Source of the DNA: Bdellovibrionales bacterium
GTDB lineage: Bacteria > Bdellovibrionota > UBA1018 > CAIMNF01
Length of the DNA: 64,000 bases
Reading direction: 5' to 3'
NCBI GenBank assembly: GCA_040380025.1
Contig: JBEIJY010000001.1
Span: 32,001-96,000, forward strand
The notes under the pieces are model-generated. The model searched no databases. It saw only the letters and a list, made by a program, of their open reading frames with translations, and was not told where the DNA came from. Shown piece by piece: positions 29,682 to 39,034 of the stretch. The translations under genes and the position numbers were made by a program. The stretch's first letter is position 1. Each line of letters starts with the position of its first letter.

Positions 29682-30263
29682 TCAGGTACCGAAAAGACGG
29701 TCCAGAATGATCGCTCCGGCCGCACGGACCGAAAGATGGTTGTACCCGTCCTTGCCCAAGGGACCGTAAATCGGTGCAAGAAAAGTATCCACCTCCGCAA
29801 AAAACGGCTCGTCGATCCCCCACCCCGTACCCAGAACAATCACCTTGATTCCCGGGGATTCCGCCTCCCACCGGGCCCGTACCTCACGGTAAGGCCTCTG
29901 ATCGGCCAAAGGCCGAGCATCCGGCATGACCACCTCAAGCGGAAGCCCGGGGTACTGATCGCGAAGATGAGCCTTCACCGCGGCGAAATCCGGAACACAC
30001 CGTACCCGTGACAAGGCCTCGGCGCGATCGGGATGCCATTCGCGACTCAAGCCCCGCCCCCAATGGCCGAGAATCCGGCTCACCAGCGCGGATTGCTCCA
30101 CCACGGGCGTCACCAAAAAATAATGATCGAGTTCGAAGGTGCGCGCACTCCGGGACAGATCATGGATATCGAGATTCGTGACCGAGGTGACCACCCGCTC
30201 ACCCTTGCGATTCGTGACCGGATCATGCAGAAGCACCAAAGCGGTACGATGGACAGCTTTCAT
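29682..30263 (-). CDS. SPOUT-type RNA methyltransferase (family usually linked or fused to trmD)
   Basis: TSVTNLDIHDLSRSARTF, LGTGWG, YNHLSVRAAGAIILDRL; ATGA overlap with trmD. Confidence 0.88.
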   Translation of the reverse strand: MKAVHRTALVLLHDPVTNRKGERVVTSVTNLDIHDLSRSARTFELDHYFLVTPVVEQSALVSRILGHWGRGLSREWHPDRAEALSRVRCVPDFAAVKAHLRDQYPGLPLEVVMPDARPLADQRPYREVRARWEAESPGIKVIVLGTGWGIDEPFFAEVDTFLAPIYGPLGKDGYNHLSVRAAGAIILDRLFGT

Positions 30264-31012
30264 TTTTTTTCCTGTCCGGGATGCTTCTGGCTCTGCCCGG
30301 GAGATTCGCAAACCAGATCAGGTCGCTTTCGATGCGTTCGCTCGAGACTCTGCGCCTTCCGCCATTCCGCGATTTTTGCGTGATTTCCGCTCAAAAGAAC
30401 TTCAGGGACCTTCCGCCCCAGAAACTCCGGGGGACGGGTGTACTGGGGGGCCTTGAGCAGTCCGCCCTCGAGGCTATCAGACGAAACCGACTCCTCGTTT
30501 CCCACCACGCCCGGAACGAGCCGGATCAGAACATCGCTCGCCACCACTGCGGCGAACTCTCCTCCGGTCAGAACGTAATTGCCGATCGAAAGCTCTTCAT
30601 CCACGCAGGCATCGATGAACCGCTCGTCGACGCCCTCATAATGACCGCAGACAAAAACGATGTGCTCATAGCGTTTCACCCAGTCCTTTGCGAGGTCTTG
30701 GGTCAGAAGCCGACCCTGCGGAGAGAGCAAGACCGTGAAGGGCCGCGAAGGGGAATCGCTGTTCTTCTCTTCGAGCGAGGTCACGGAACTCCACGCCTCG
30801 AACAATACGTCTGCACGCAGGAGCATGCCAGCTCCCCCGCCGTAGCAAGTGTCGTCCACGGTGCGATGCTTGTTTTTGGCGAAATCCCGGATCTGAATGA
30901 ATTCGAGCTCGAACTGATTCGAGGCACGGGCTTTTCCCACGAGACTGTGGGAAAGGCCTTGATCAATCATCCCGGGAAAGAGACTCAGATACGAGATCTT
31001 CTTCAATGCCAT
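30260..31012 (-). CDS. trmD: tRNA (guanine-N1)-methyltransferase
   Basis: VDDTCYGGGAGML, LSPQG, CGHYEGVDER, SIGNYVLTGGE, PQYTRP, LLSGNH. Confidence 0.97.
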   Translation of the reverse strand: MALKKISYLSLFPGMIDQGLSHSLVGKARASNQFELEFIQIRDFAKNKHRTVDDTCYGGGAGMLLRADVLFEAWSSVTSLEEKNSDSPSRPFTVLLSPQGRLLTQDLAKDWVKRYEHIVFVCGHYEGVDERFIDACVDEELSIGNYVLTGGEFAAVVASDVLIRLVPGVVGNEESVSSDSLEGGLLKAPQYTRPPEFLGRKVPEVLLSGNHAKIAEWRKAQSLERTHRKRPDLVCESPGQSQKHPGQEKK

Positions 31013-31067
31013 GATCACGCCATTGCCCGCGGGTGCGCTTCACCCCTAGACCGTGAGCCCTACGGCC

Positions 31068-31331
31068 TCATTCCACGATTTCCAGCACCGTACGGCGCTT
31101 GATCTTCGTGGCGGCGCCAAGAAGAATCGTGCGAATGGCTTTGGCAGTATTGCCTTGCTTCCCGATGATCTTGCCGATGTCGCTCTTGGCGACCCGGAGC
31201 TCGATCACAGTGGTGTTTTCTCCCGCCACTTCTTTCACACTCACTTGTTCCGGCGAGTCCACGAGGGCTTTTGCCATCACTTCGATCATGTGCGCGAGTT
31301 CTGCGGTGGATGGGGTCGGTGCCGTAGCCAT
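31068..31331 (-). CDS. khpA: Single KH-domain RNA-binding protein
   Basis: [18 protein letters not shown]; position after rpsP. Confidence 0.92.
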   Translation of the reverse strand: MATAPTPSTAELAHMIEVMAKALVDSPEQVSVKEVAGENTTVIELRVAKSDIGKIIGKQGNTAKAIRTILLGAATKIKRRTVLEIVE

Positions 31332-31354
31332 GCGATCTCCGCTGATAGGGACTG

Positions 31355-31594
31355 TTACTTCGCAGCCTTGACGATTTGTTCGACCGTCAGGGTGAGCTGG
31401 GCGCCCTTGGCGATCCAAGCGTCGAATTTGGCTTGATCCAGCTTGAGCTTGTCTTTGCTGTTCTCGGCCTTCGGGTAATAGAACCCGAGTTTCTCAAAAA
31501 ACTTTCCGTTGCGGGCCGCGGTCTCGTTCGCCGCGACGATCAAATACTGGGGGCATTTCTTTGCGCCTTGGCGCTGAAGTCTGATCTTCACCAT
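31355..31594 (-). CDS. rpsP: 30S ribosomal protein S16
   Basis: [35 protein letters not shown]. Confidence 0.95.
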   Translation of the reverse strand: MVKIRLQRQGAKKCPQYLIVAANETAARNGKFFEKLGFYYPKAENSKDKLKLDQAKFDAWIAKGAQLTLTVEQIVKAAK

Positions 31595-31642
31595 AAATAA
31601 ATTATCCTTTCGAAAGAGCTGAAGTTACCAATGGACAGGTGT

Positions 31643-32257
31643 TCAAGTCAACCGTTCTTCTCGGGTCTTCTCGCGGAAGGTCCCGAAAACATGATCCCAA
31701 AGTGGAGAACTCACGCCCCACTTCCCGCCTTTTTTGAGGTAGTGGTGCTTCATGTGGTTCTCCTTGAGTGCACGCCCCCAGGCCGTCTTGGGGCGGAAGT
31801 GGTGGGTCGCGAAATGAATATAGTCGTATACGAGGTAGCCCGACATGAACCCGGCAAAGAAGGGCCTGCACAGCTCACCCCCGAGAACTGCCGCAAAAAG
31901 CACATAAAACAGCGACGCTAGGGTGATCGAGACCACGGGCGGCATCACGAGCCGGGTCGGATCCTCGGGATCGTCGTGGTGGATGCCGTGGAACAGAAAC
32001 ACCAAGTATTGGCCGGCTTTTGACGTAGCCGGAAAATGAAACACGTACCGGTGCATGGCATATTCGGTCAGGGTCCAGAACAATGCCCCGAGCACGAACC
32101 AGAACAGGAGCACTGCCGCCGGAAGCGCATCGAAGGCCCGGCCCAGCTGATAAAACACTACAGGAACCCACACCAAAAAAGGAACCGAGGGGTGGACGTG
32201 AGTCAGCGCCTCGAGGACAGGGCTTTTGAACAGTCGGATGGATTGATGGGTCTTCAT
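31643..32257 (-). CDS. Fatty-acid hydroxylase / sterol desaturase family (FA2H-like)
   Basis: His boxes HRYVFH, HGIHH, HFATHH, HMKHH; RLVMPP; GVSSPLWDHVFGT. Confidence 0.9.
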   Translation of the reverse strand: MKTHQSIRLFKSPVLEALTHVHPSVPFLVWVPVVFYQLGRAFDALPAAVLLFWFVLGALFWTLTEYAMHRYVFHFPATSKAGQYLVFLFHGIHHDDPEDPTRLVMPPVVSITLASLFYVLFAAVLGGELCRPFFAGFMSGYLVYDYIHFATHHFRPKTAWGRALKENHMKHHYLKKGGKWGVSSPLWDHVFGTFREKTREERLT

Positions 32258-32345
32258 AGAATGGGGTTGATTTCTAACGAAATCCGGACCATTTTACAAT
32301 CTTTTTCAGGAGAGGGCGCGAGCCCCTCCGCCCCAAGGAGACCCC

Positions 32346-32987
32346 GTGGCCGAAACCGATCGCCTCCGCATCCGACTGAATGCCAGCTACTGGAAGCACC
32401 TGAACGCCGTTCCCTTTTCCGAAGACATGGTTCCTTCGAGTCTTTTCTTGAGGAATCAGCACTACCTCGTGGTGGATCTCGAGACCCAGAACCTTGTCCA
32501 GGATGTCGGGGGATGGGGCCATGTGGATCAACTGAAAATATCGATCGCCTGTGCCTGGGACTCGAAAACCGGGAAAATGCTTTCCTTCCGCGAGAACGAA
32601 ATCCCGAAGCTGAACGAGCTCTGCGAGGAACGCCTCGTGGTCGGGTACAACATTCGGGGCTTCGACCTTGTGATTCTGAAGGCCTACGGGCTCAACCTCG
32701 AAAAACTCGATGTGTTCGACATCATGTATGACGTGCAGACCCTGACCCGGCAGAAGTTCCTGAAGCTCGAGACTCTGGCTCAAGGAACCCTGAATGCCGG
32801 CAAATCCGCCGACGGACTCATGGCCGTGGAATGGTGGAAGAAGGGCGAGGTCGACAAGATCATCCAGTACTGTCAGCAGGACGTGCAGGTGACGCGTGAT
32901 ATTTTCGAGTATGGACGGAGGAACGGCCTCGTGAAGCTCCGCCGCGCGGATGGCAGCGACACGGAAGTCAAGGTCAGCTGGAACTGA
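32346..32987 (+). CDS. Stand-alone RNase H-like DEDD exonuclease (YprB/MrfB-like)
   Basis: AAGGAG before the GTG; VVDLET, VGYNIRGFDL, YCQQDV. Confidence 0.85.
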   Translation: MAETDRLRIRLNASYWKHLNAVPFSEDMVPSSLFLRNQHYLVVDLETQNLVQDVGGWGHVDQLKISIACAWDSKTGKMLSFRENEIPKLNELCEERLVVGYNIRGFDLVILKAYGLNLEKLDVFDIMYDVQTLTRQKFLKLETLAQGTLNAGKSADGLMAVEWWKKGEVDKIIQYCQQDVQVTRDIFEYGRRNGLVKLRRADGSDTEVKVSWN

Positions 32988-33948
32988 GCGCCCTTACCGT
33001 CTCCCGTACGCCGGACTCAAGATCGGTGAATCCGCCCGCATACCCCTCCGCCGCGAGCTTCTCCATCACGGCTTCGGTGAAGTACTGGTACCGTTCCCGA
33101 ATGGCAATCGGAGTATCGATATACTCGATGCTCTCGGGAACACCCATGGCCGAAAAGGTCGCCCGCGCCAGGTCCAAAAACGAGCGCGCTTGTCCGGTTC
33201 CGAGATTGAAGATCCCCCGCCGGATCGGTTTTTCGAAGGCAAAACAGAGCACATCCACGACATCATTCACCCAGATGAAATCGCGCTTTTGCTCGCCATC
33301 CGCGATTCCGTCCCGATGGCTCCGGAACAAACGAATCGTGCCGTTCGAACGAATTTGATCGAATCCCTGGAGTACGACCGATGACTGTCGCCCCTTGTGA
33401 CGTTCGCCGAATCCGTACACATTAAAAAACTTGAAACCGCTCCAGGCGGGAGGAGCGAATCCCCGCTTTGATTGCTCGATCACCCAAAGATCGAATTCGA
33501 GTTTCGAGGCCCCGTACGGGTTCAAAGGCCGGAGCCCCTGCATGGACGCCTCGTCATCGCGATACCCCTGCTCACCCCCGCCATAGGTTGCGGCCGAAGA
33601 CGCATAAACAAAGGGAATCCCGTACTTCACACACAATGAATACAGGCGCTGTGAGTATTCGACATTCACGCGTTTCAGATAATCGACGCGCATCTCGGTC
33701 GTGTCCGAACTCGCCCCCATGTGGAACACGGCCTTCACGGGAGTGCCCGCCGAAATCAACTCCTCGAAAAACGATTCGTCGAGAACCTCCGCGGGCGCAC
33801 ATTTTCGATCGAGTGCGAGATCCGCGTGCTCCGCACGGCTCTCGAAGAACAGCAGTTCATCGACACCGATGACTCCAAATCCCTTTTTTTTCAGGGTTTT
33901 TGCAAGCTGATAGCCGATGAAGCCGGCGGCGCCGGTCACGATCATCAT
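32974..33948 (-). CDS. hldD: ADP-L-glycero-D-manno-heptose 6-epimerase
   Basis: VTGAAGFIG, YASSAATYG, PLNPYGASK, FFNVYG..E.HKG, RDFIWV. Confidence 0.92.
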   Translation of the reverse strand: MMIVTGAAGFIGYQLAKTLKKKGFGVIGVDELLFFESRAEHADLALDRKCAPAEVLDESFFEELISAGTPVKAVFHMGASSDTTEMRVDYLKRVNVEYSQRLYSLCVKYGIPFVYASSAATYGGGEQGYRDDEASMQGLRPLNPYGASKLEFDLWVIEQSKRGFAPPAWSGFKFFNVYGFGERHKGRQSSVVLQGFDQIRSNGTIRLFRSHRDGIADGEQKRDFIWVNDVVDVLCFAFEKPIRRGIFNLGTGQARSFLDLARATFSAMGVPESIEYIDTPIAIRERYQYFTEAVMEKLAAEGYAGGFTDLESGVRETVRALSSS

Positions 33949-33951
33949 GGA

Positions 33952-35073
33952 TCACGAATTCCCGAACGCGCCGATTTCAAGGGAGGGCGCAGCGGCAGTT
34001 TTGGACGAGCGGATCGCCACTTCTTGGGCCACGGACCGGGCAAGGCCGCGGAACAGTTGGGCGCTCTCGCTCGCGGGATCTTTCACGACGATGGGCTTTC
34101 CGAGATCACCCCCTTCGCGGACGGCCTGAACGAGCGGCATCTGCGCCAGCAGCCGCGTGTTGAACTTGCGTGCGAGGCTCTCGCCCCCGCCTTCGCCGAA
34201 GATCTTGTATTTCTTGCCATCATCTCCGGTGAAGTGGCTCATGTTCTCGACCACGCCGAGCGCGGGCACCTTCACCTTTTCCCACATGTTCAGGGCTTTT
34301 CTGACGTCCTGAAGCGAAATTTCCTGCGGAGTGGTCACGATGACCGCACCCGTGAGCGGAAGCATCTGGGCAAGCGAAAGCTGCACATCGCCGGTACCCG
34401 GAGGCAGATCAAGAACCAGATAATCGAGCTCGCCCCAGTTCACCTTGGTACAGAATTGATTCAAAATATTATGGAGCATCGGCCCGCGCCAGATCACAGG
34501 CTGATCGCCCTGGATCAAAAACCCCATCGACATGACCTTCACGCCATGACTCGAAGGCGGCGCAAACATCTCGCCTTTTTCGGAATCGACATACAGCTTC
34601 GGGTTTTCGGTGACCCCCATCATGGTCGGAATGTTCGGACCGTAAATATCGGCATCAAGGAGCCCGACGCGCGCACCCTCGAGCGCAAGCGAGGTAGCGA
34701 GATTCACCGACACGGTGGACTTACCCACCCCGCCCTTGCCGCTCGAAACGGCAATCACATGGGCGACTCCCGGAATCCCGTTCGAAAGCCCCGCCCCCCC
34801 GACCGATCCGGATGCTTTTTTCACCTCGGCATCCATCACGGCATCGACCGCCGCGACTCCCGGAACCTTGCTCACCGCAGTGACCGCCTCGCTTCGGATT
34901 TGCTCCTTCATCGGACACGCAGGTGTGGTGAGGACCACGCGGAAGGAGACCTTCCCGTCGTCATGGACGCGGAGATCACGGACCATTCCAAGCGTGACGA
35001 GATCACGCTTCAAATCAGGATCATTCACGGTCCGGAGAGCCGCAAGAACTGCGTCAAAATCAGGCTTTTTCAT
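33952..35073 (-). CDS. mrp: Mrp/ApbC/NBP35 Fe-S cluster carrier ATPase
   Basis: TTPACP, SGKGGVGKST, DADIYGP, WRGPM, DLPPGTGD, VENMS. Confidence 0.94.
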   Translation of the reverse strand: MKKPDFDAVLAALRTVNDPDLKRDLVTLGMVRDLRVHDDGKVSFRVVLTTPACPMKEQIRSEAVTAVSKVPGVAAVDAVMDAEVKKASGSVGGAGLSNGIPGVAHVIAVSSGKGGVGKSTVSVNLATSLALEGARVGLLDADIYGPNIPTMMGVTENPKLYVDSEKGEMFAPPSSHGVKVMSMGFLIQGDQPVIWRGPMLHNILNQFCTKVNWGELDYLVLDLPPGTGDVQLSLAQMLPLTGAVIVTTPQEISLQDVRKALNMWEKVKVPALGVVENMSHFTGDDGKKYKIFGEGGGESLARKFNTRLLAQMPLVQAVREGGDLGKPIVVKDPASESAQLFRGLARSVAQEVAIRSSKTAAAPSLEIGAFGNS

Positions 35074-35112
35074 AGGGCCCTACTCTAGCAGAGCGGGAAC
35101 CCGCGAAGCAAG

Positions 35113-35664
35113 TCAGTTCGGCTGGAGCGTGCTCGTGAGCTGAAGCCTCGAGACGTCGAACAACTGCCCGGCAGCGGCATTCACGAGCTGGTCATACCGG
35201 GACTTCGGAATCGACGGGGTCCGGGCAAGGAACCAAAGGAACTTCCGGTCGGGCGAACCCACCACGGCGGTTTGATAATTCGGATCGAGATCGAGGATCC
35301 AATAATCTCCGGCCGGAGCAAACCAGAAGAACTTCACCTTGAGCTTCGCATTCGAATCGAAGTCCACCACTCGGGCCGTGCCGGTGATCGAGCGGTACTT
35401 TCCCTTCGGAGTCCGGCACTCGTTCAACACGCTCACCCGGCCATCCGGAAGCAATCCATAGGTGGCCGTGGTGTCAATCGTGCACTTCCCCTGAAAAAAA
35501 GTTGGGAAGAATGCGATCTGATACCACTTACCGGCATACCGGTTCAGATCAACATATTCGACCGTCCGAACCTCTTTCGGGCCGGGAGCGTCCGTCTCGG
35601 CCTCCACCCGGAAAGGAGCCATCAAAAGAACCCACACCATCAAAAAAACAGACCCGTGCCTCAT
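35113..35664 (-). CDS. Bacterial lipocalin (Blc-like)
   Basis: VDLNRYAGKWYQIA, GDYWILDLD, LWFLARTP; signal peptide without a lipobox. Confidence 0.9.
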   Translation of the reverse strand: MRHGSVFLMVWVLLMAPFRVEAETDAPGPKEVRTVEYVDLNRYAGKWYQIAFFPTFFQGKCTIDTTATYGLLPDGRVSVLNECRTPKGKYRSITGTARVVDFDSNAKLKVKFFWFAPAGDYWILDLDPNYQTAVVGSPDRKFLWFLARTPSIPKSRYDQLVNAAAGQLFDVSRLQLTSTLQPN

Positions 35665-35709
35665 CGAGGAACGGGTCTATCACAAAGGTTTACTGATTAA
35701 AATGACCGT

Positions 35710-36777
35710 TTACGGCTTTTCTTGGACGATTTCGCGACACGCGTTCGCAATGTCCGCCATCTGCGGCACCGATGCGCTCTCGAGGTTGTCGGCAAGACCG
35801 ATCCCCGGAACATGCGCTCCGGCAAGAAGCCTCGGGCGGGCATGGAGCGAATAAAAATGCTCCTCGATGGTACGACGAAGAAGGTGCTCGCCGAAGTTCG
35901 TCACCTCGGTGTCCTCGTTCACGAAGATCACCCGCTTGGTCTTTTGAATCGAGGCAGAGATCATCTTCCAGTCATACGGCCAGAGGGTTCTCATGTCGAT
36001 CACCTCGACCGAGATGCCTTCCTGACGGAGCTGGTCGGCAACATCACGCGCGATCAGCACGTGGCGCCCGTAGGTCACCACGGTGACCTGCGAGCCTTCC
36101 CGGACGATTTTTCCCTCGCCGATCGGCACGGTGTAATCCTGGAGCTCGGGCCATTTCGGCTTCCATTTCGAGCGATCCCCGAGCGGAGCATCGATCATTT
36201 CCTTCAGTTGTTTCTTGCCTTCGGCGGTCAGAGGCGGCTCGCCCGGAATCGCCTCCTCGCCCTCGACCCGAAGAAGCGCCTTCGGCTTCAGATACATGGT
36301 CGGGTTCTGATCCTTCAGGCACGCCAGCATCAACCCGTACGCATCGAGCGGATTCGAAGGCATGACGATCTTGAAGCCCGGAATGTGGGTCATCATCGCA
36401 TCGAACGAATGCGAGTGATAAATCGAACCGCGGATTCCCGCGCCCACCGGAGTCATGATCGTAAACGGACTGGGCCAATCGCCGTTCGAAGCCCAAGTCG
36501 ACATTCCGCCGAGCTTCAACAAGTCGATCGTGTTGTAAATATAATCGCAGAACTGGATCTCCGCGACCGAGCGGACATTCGCGAAGCCGAGGCCGATTGC
36601 GGCTCCCACGATCCCGCGCTCATCGAGCGGAGAGTTCCAGGTCGTGGTGAGACCTTGGGTGCAAGTGAACACACCTCCGAGTGGAGGACCGACGTCCTCT
36701 CCGAATACATGTTCGAGTCCGAGATTCTTCTCGCCATAATGAAGGGCCATACGGATGGCCTGTGCCATGTTTGCCAT
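35710..36777 (-). CDS. 2-oxoacid dehydrogenase E1 beta subunit
   Basis: FGEDVG..GGVF, PLDERGIVG, AEIQFCDY, YHSHS, EVIDMRTL. Confidence 0.92.
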   Translation of the reverse strand: MANMAQAIRMALHYGEKNLGLEHVFGEDVGPPLGGVFTCTQGLTTTWNSPLDERGIVGAAIGLGFANVRSVAEIQFCDYIYNTIDLLKLGGMSTWASNGDWPSPFTIMTPVGAGIRGSIYHSHSFDAMMTHIPGFKIVMPSNPLDAYGLMLACLKDQNPTMYLKPKALLRVEGEEAIPGEPPLTAEGKKQLKEMIDAPLGDRSKWKPKWPELQDYTVPIGEGKIVREGSQVTVVTYGRHVLIARDVADQLRQEGISVEVIDMRTLWPYDWKMISASIQKTKRVIFVNEDTEVTNFGEHLLRRTIEEHFYSLHARPRLLAGAHVPGIGLADNLESASVPQMADIANACREIVQEKP

Positions 36778-37763
36778 TACCAGTACCTCCCTTTCTGACC
36801 ATAGTAGACATGGTCATAGATGGTATCGCCGCTCGGAGCGGGTTCGGTTTTCACCTGTTTGCTCTGCTCGAGCATGGTGGTGTTGTACTCCTCGCGGATT
36901 TTTTCCATCTCCGCGCGCTTCAGAATGCCGGCCTTGTCGAGTTTCTTCTCGAATTCGACCAGACAGTCTTCCTCGCCGGGCACGAAGTTCGCGCCGCTTG
37001 CCGAGGAATGGCCGTACAGGCGGGATACTTTGGCCTCGAGCAGGAAGGGCTTTCGCTCTTCCCGCACATAGCGGATCGCCTCTTCGAGGGCAAACCAGCT
37101 CTCTTCGACATCATTGCCGTTGATCACCCGGTTCTTGATTCCGAATGCGTTTCCGCGGGCGGCAATGGAGTCTCCGCCGAACTGGTTGCAGTGCGGGGTC
37201 GAGATTCCGACGCCGTTGTTGGTCACGATCATGAGCATCGGAAGCGGAAGCACCGGACGCGATGCCCACACCAGCGCCGAAGCGAAATCGCCTTCGGCAG
37301 TGCCGGAATCGCCGCCGTTCACGATCGTGATTCCCTTGCAGCCCTTGCGCGTTTGCGCGACTGCGGTTCCGATCGCGGTCAGGTACTGGGTCTCGATGGT
37401 CGAAGACACGGGAACCACGTTCCAGTCCCGCTTGGAGTAATGGTTGCCGAAGTTCCTTCCGCCCGAATACGGATCGGTGGCGGTGTTCTTCATTTGTCTC
37501 ATGGAGTCGATCGGCTCGGCGCCCATCGCGAGCAGGATCGGGCTCGACCGGTAATGCAGATGAAGATAATCGTGGTCCAGACCGGACCCTTTCCGGACCT
37601 GTAGCCCGAGAGGGACGCTGAACGCCTCTTCTCCCGGCCCTCCAATCCAGAAATAGCCGTCATTTTGTTTGTACATTCGGATCAGGCGCTCCTCCAGAAC
37701 CCGCGATTTCACCATCAAATCGTGGATCTGAACGAGCTTCTTGCGCTCGAGCTTGAATTTCAT
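36777..37763 (-). CDS. 2-oxoacid dehydrogenase E1 alpha subunit (branched-chain-like)
   Basis: GEEA, HYRS, GDSGTAEGD...NN ThDP motif, RLYGHSS. Confidence 0.92.
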   Translation of the reverse strand: MKFKLERKKLVQIHDLMVKSRVLEERLIRMYKQNDGYFWIGGPGEEAFSVPLGLQVRKGSGLDHDYLHLHYRSSPILLAMGAEPIDSMRQMKNTATDPYSGGRNFGNHYSKRDWNVVPVSSTIETQYLTAIGTAVAQTRKGCKGITIVNGGDSGTAEGDFASALVWASRPVLPLPMLMIVTNNGVGISTPHCNQFGGDSIAARGNAFGIKNRVINGNDVEESWFALEEAIRYVREERKPFLLEAKVSRLYGHSSASGANFVPGEEDCLVEFEKKLDKAGILKRAEMEKIREEYNTTMLEQSKQVKTEPAPSGDTIYDHVYYGQKGRYW

Positions 37764-37854
37764 AGGCGCGCAGAATAGCGGAAAGGGGCAAACGGCACAA
37801 TTCAAAACCTCTTGAAGGATTTCAAAAACCGGATTCGTTGATGGCGGCCGGAAC

Positions 37855-39012
37855 TCACCCGAGCAAACCCTTCAACCGAAACAGGAGCTTCCGCTCGAAC
37901 TCTCCTTCAGACTGCAGAAGAAGCGTCTTCAGGCCCGAGCCCGTGAGATCCTTCTGGATGGCCGGCGGAACCGCATCCAGAAGCCCCTCCCGCCCGAGAA
38001 CCGCCCCCATTCCGGCAAGCGCTCGCGCATACCCTTGCGAGGTGTAGATCGAAACCGGATTGAGCTTCTTCCAGCCCGAAACCAGCGCCTCGATGATCTC
38101 GCGCAGTTCGCGGTCATCCAGAAGCCCGCCCCGAAACCCGCCAGTCACGATCCCCGCGCCCCAGGAATCGAGCATCGGGCCATAGGGAATCAGGAAATCC
38201 GCCGATTTTCGAAGCCCTTTCGGCGCACGCAGAGCGAAGTTCCGATGATTCTCGGCGGCGAGCATGGCCTGATAGACCTTGCCCGCTTCGATAAATGGAG
38301 TCCGGGGATTCCGTGCATCCTCGTGCCCCGAGCGGTAGACCCTGCGCTTCAAGACGTCATTCTCGTCGATTCCGAACGCATCGAACATCCGGTCCAAGTC
38401 GCCCAGATTGTGGGCGATGGCGGCAACACCGAACAGATACTTCTTCATCGTTCCGGTGTCGGGCTCGTTCAAAAATCGCTCACGGAGTTCGCACAGAACC
38501 CGCTCCTCGCGCGCCACCTCAGCCTCGATCTCTTCTCGAATCCGCGCGAGCTCTCCGGAATGAATCCGCTTTGCCGTCGCATATGCACCCATGGCGACCG
38601 TAAGCCACTCCCCTTGATGCCCCGAAAGCCGCTCCGTTCCGGACCCGACATACCGCCGCGAAACCGGCGCCTCGTCCCAATGCAGAAGCTCGAGAGTCCG
38701 CTCCAGCATGGGCAAGAATTCGTCCTCGGAATGCACGAACGACCAGAGTTTTTCGCGAATCGCAAGATCGACATCGGTCGGAACAAAGGTCCCCACCGTG
38801 GCATAGTGGGCCGAAACGCATAGATCGAAATACCCCCACAAATCAGACTCGTCCGGAAGGTGTGCCGCGGCTTTACGCAGAATTCCGACATACGGAGGCG
38901 CCGGATCATCCGGGCCCCCCGAAAAAAGGAAGGGCGCGGTGTTTCGGACCAATCCAAGAAGCGTCTCGCTCCGGATTCCCGGGTTTTTAATGAAAGGTCT
39001 TTTGTCGCTCAT
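37855..39012 (-). CDS. Hypothetical protein with His/acidic motifs
   Basis: 385-aa ORF directly downstream of polA; SAHY, SGHQGEW, AHNLGDLD, ENHR. Confidence 0.75.
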   Translation of the reverse strand: MSDKRPFIKNPGIRSETLLGLVRNTAPFLFSGGPDDPAPPYVGILRKAAAHLPDESDLWGYFDLCVSAHYATVGTFVPTDVDLAIREKLWSFVHSEDEFLPMLERTLELLHWDEAPVSRRYVGSGTERLSGHQGEWLTVAMGAYATAKRIHSGELARIREEIEAEVAREERVLCELRERFLNEPDTGTMKKYLFGVAAIAHNLGDLDRMFDAFGIDENDVLKRRVYRSGHEDARNPRTPFIEAGKVYQAMLAAENHRNFALRAPKGLRKSADFLIPYGPMLDSWGAGIVTGGFRGGLLDDRELREIIEALVSGWKKLNPVSIYTSQGYARALAGMGAVLGREGLLDAVPPAIQKDLTGSGLKTLLLQSEGEFERKLLFRLKGLLG

Positions 39013-39034
39013 CCCGCCGACTCCGCAAGAAGAT

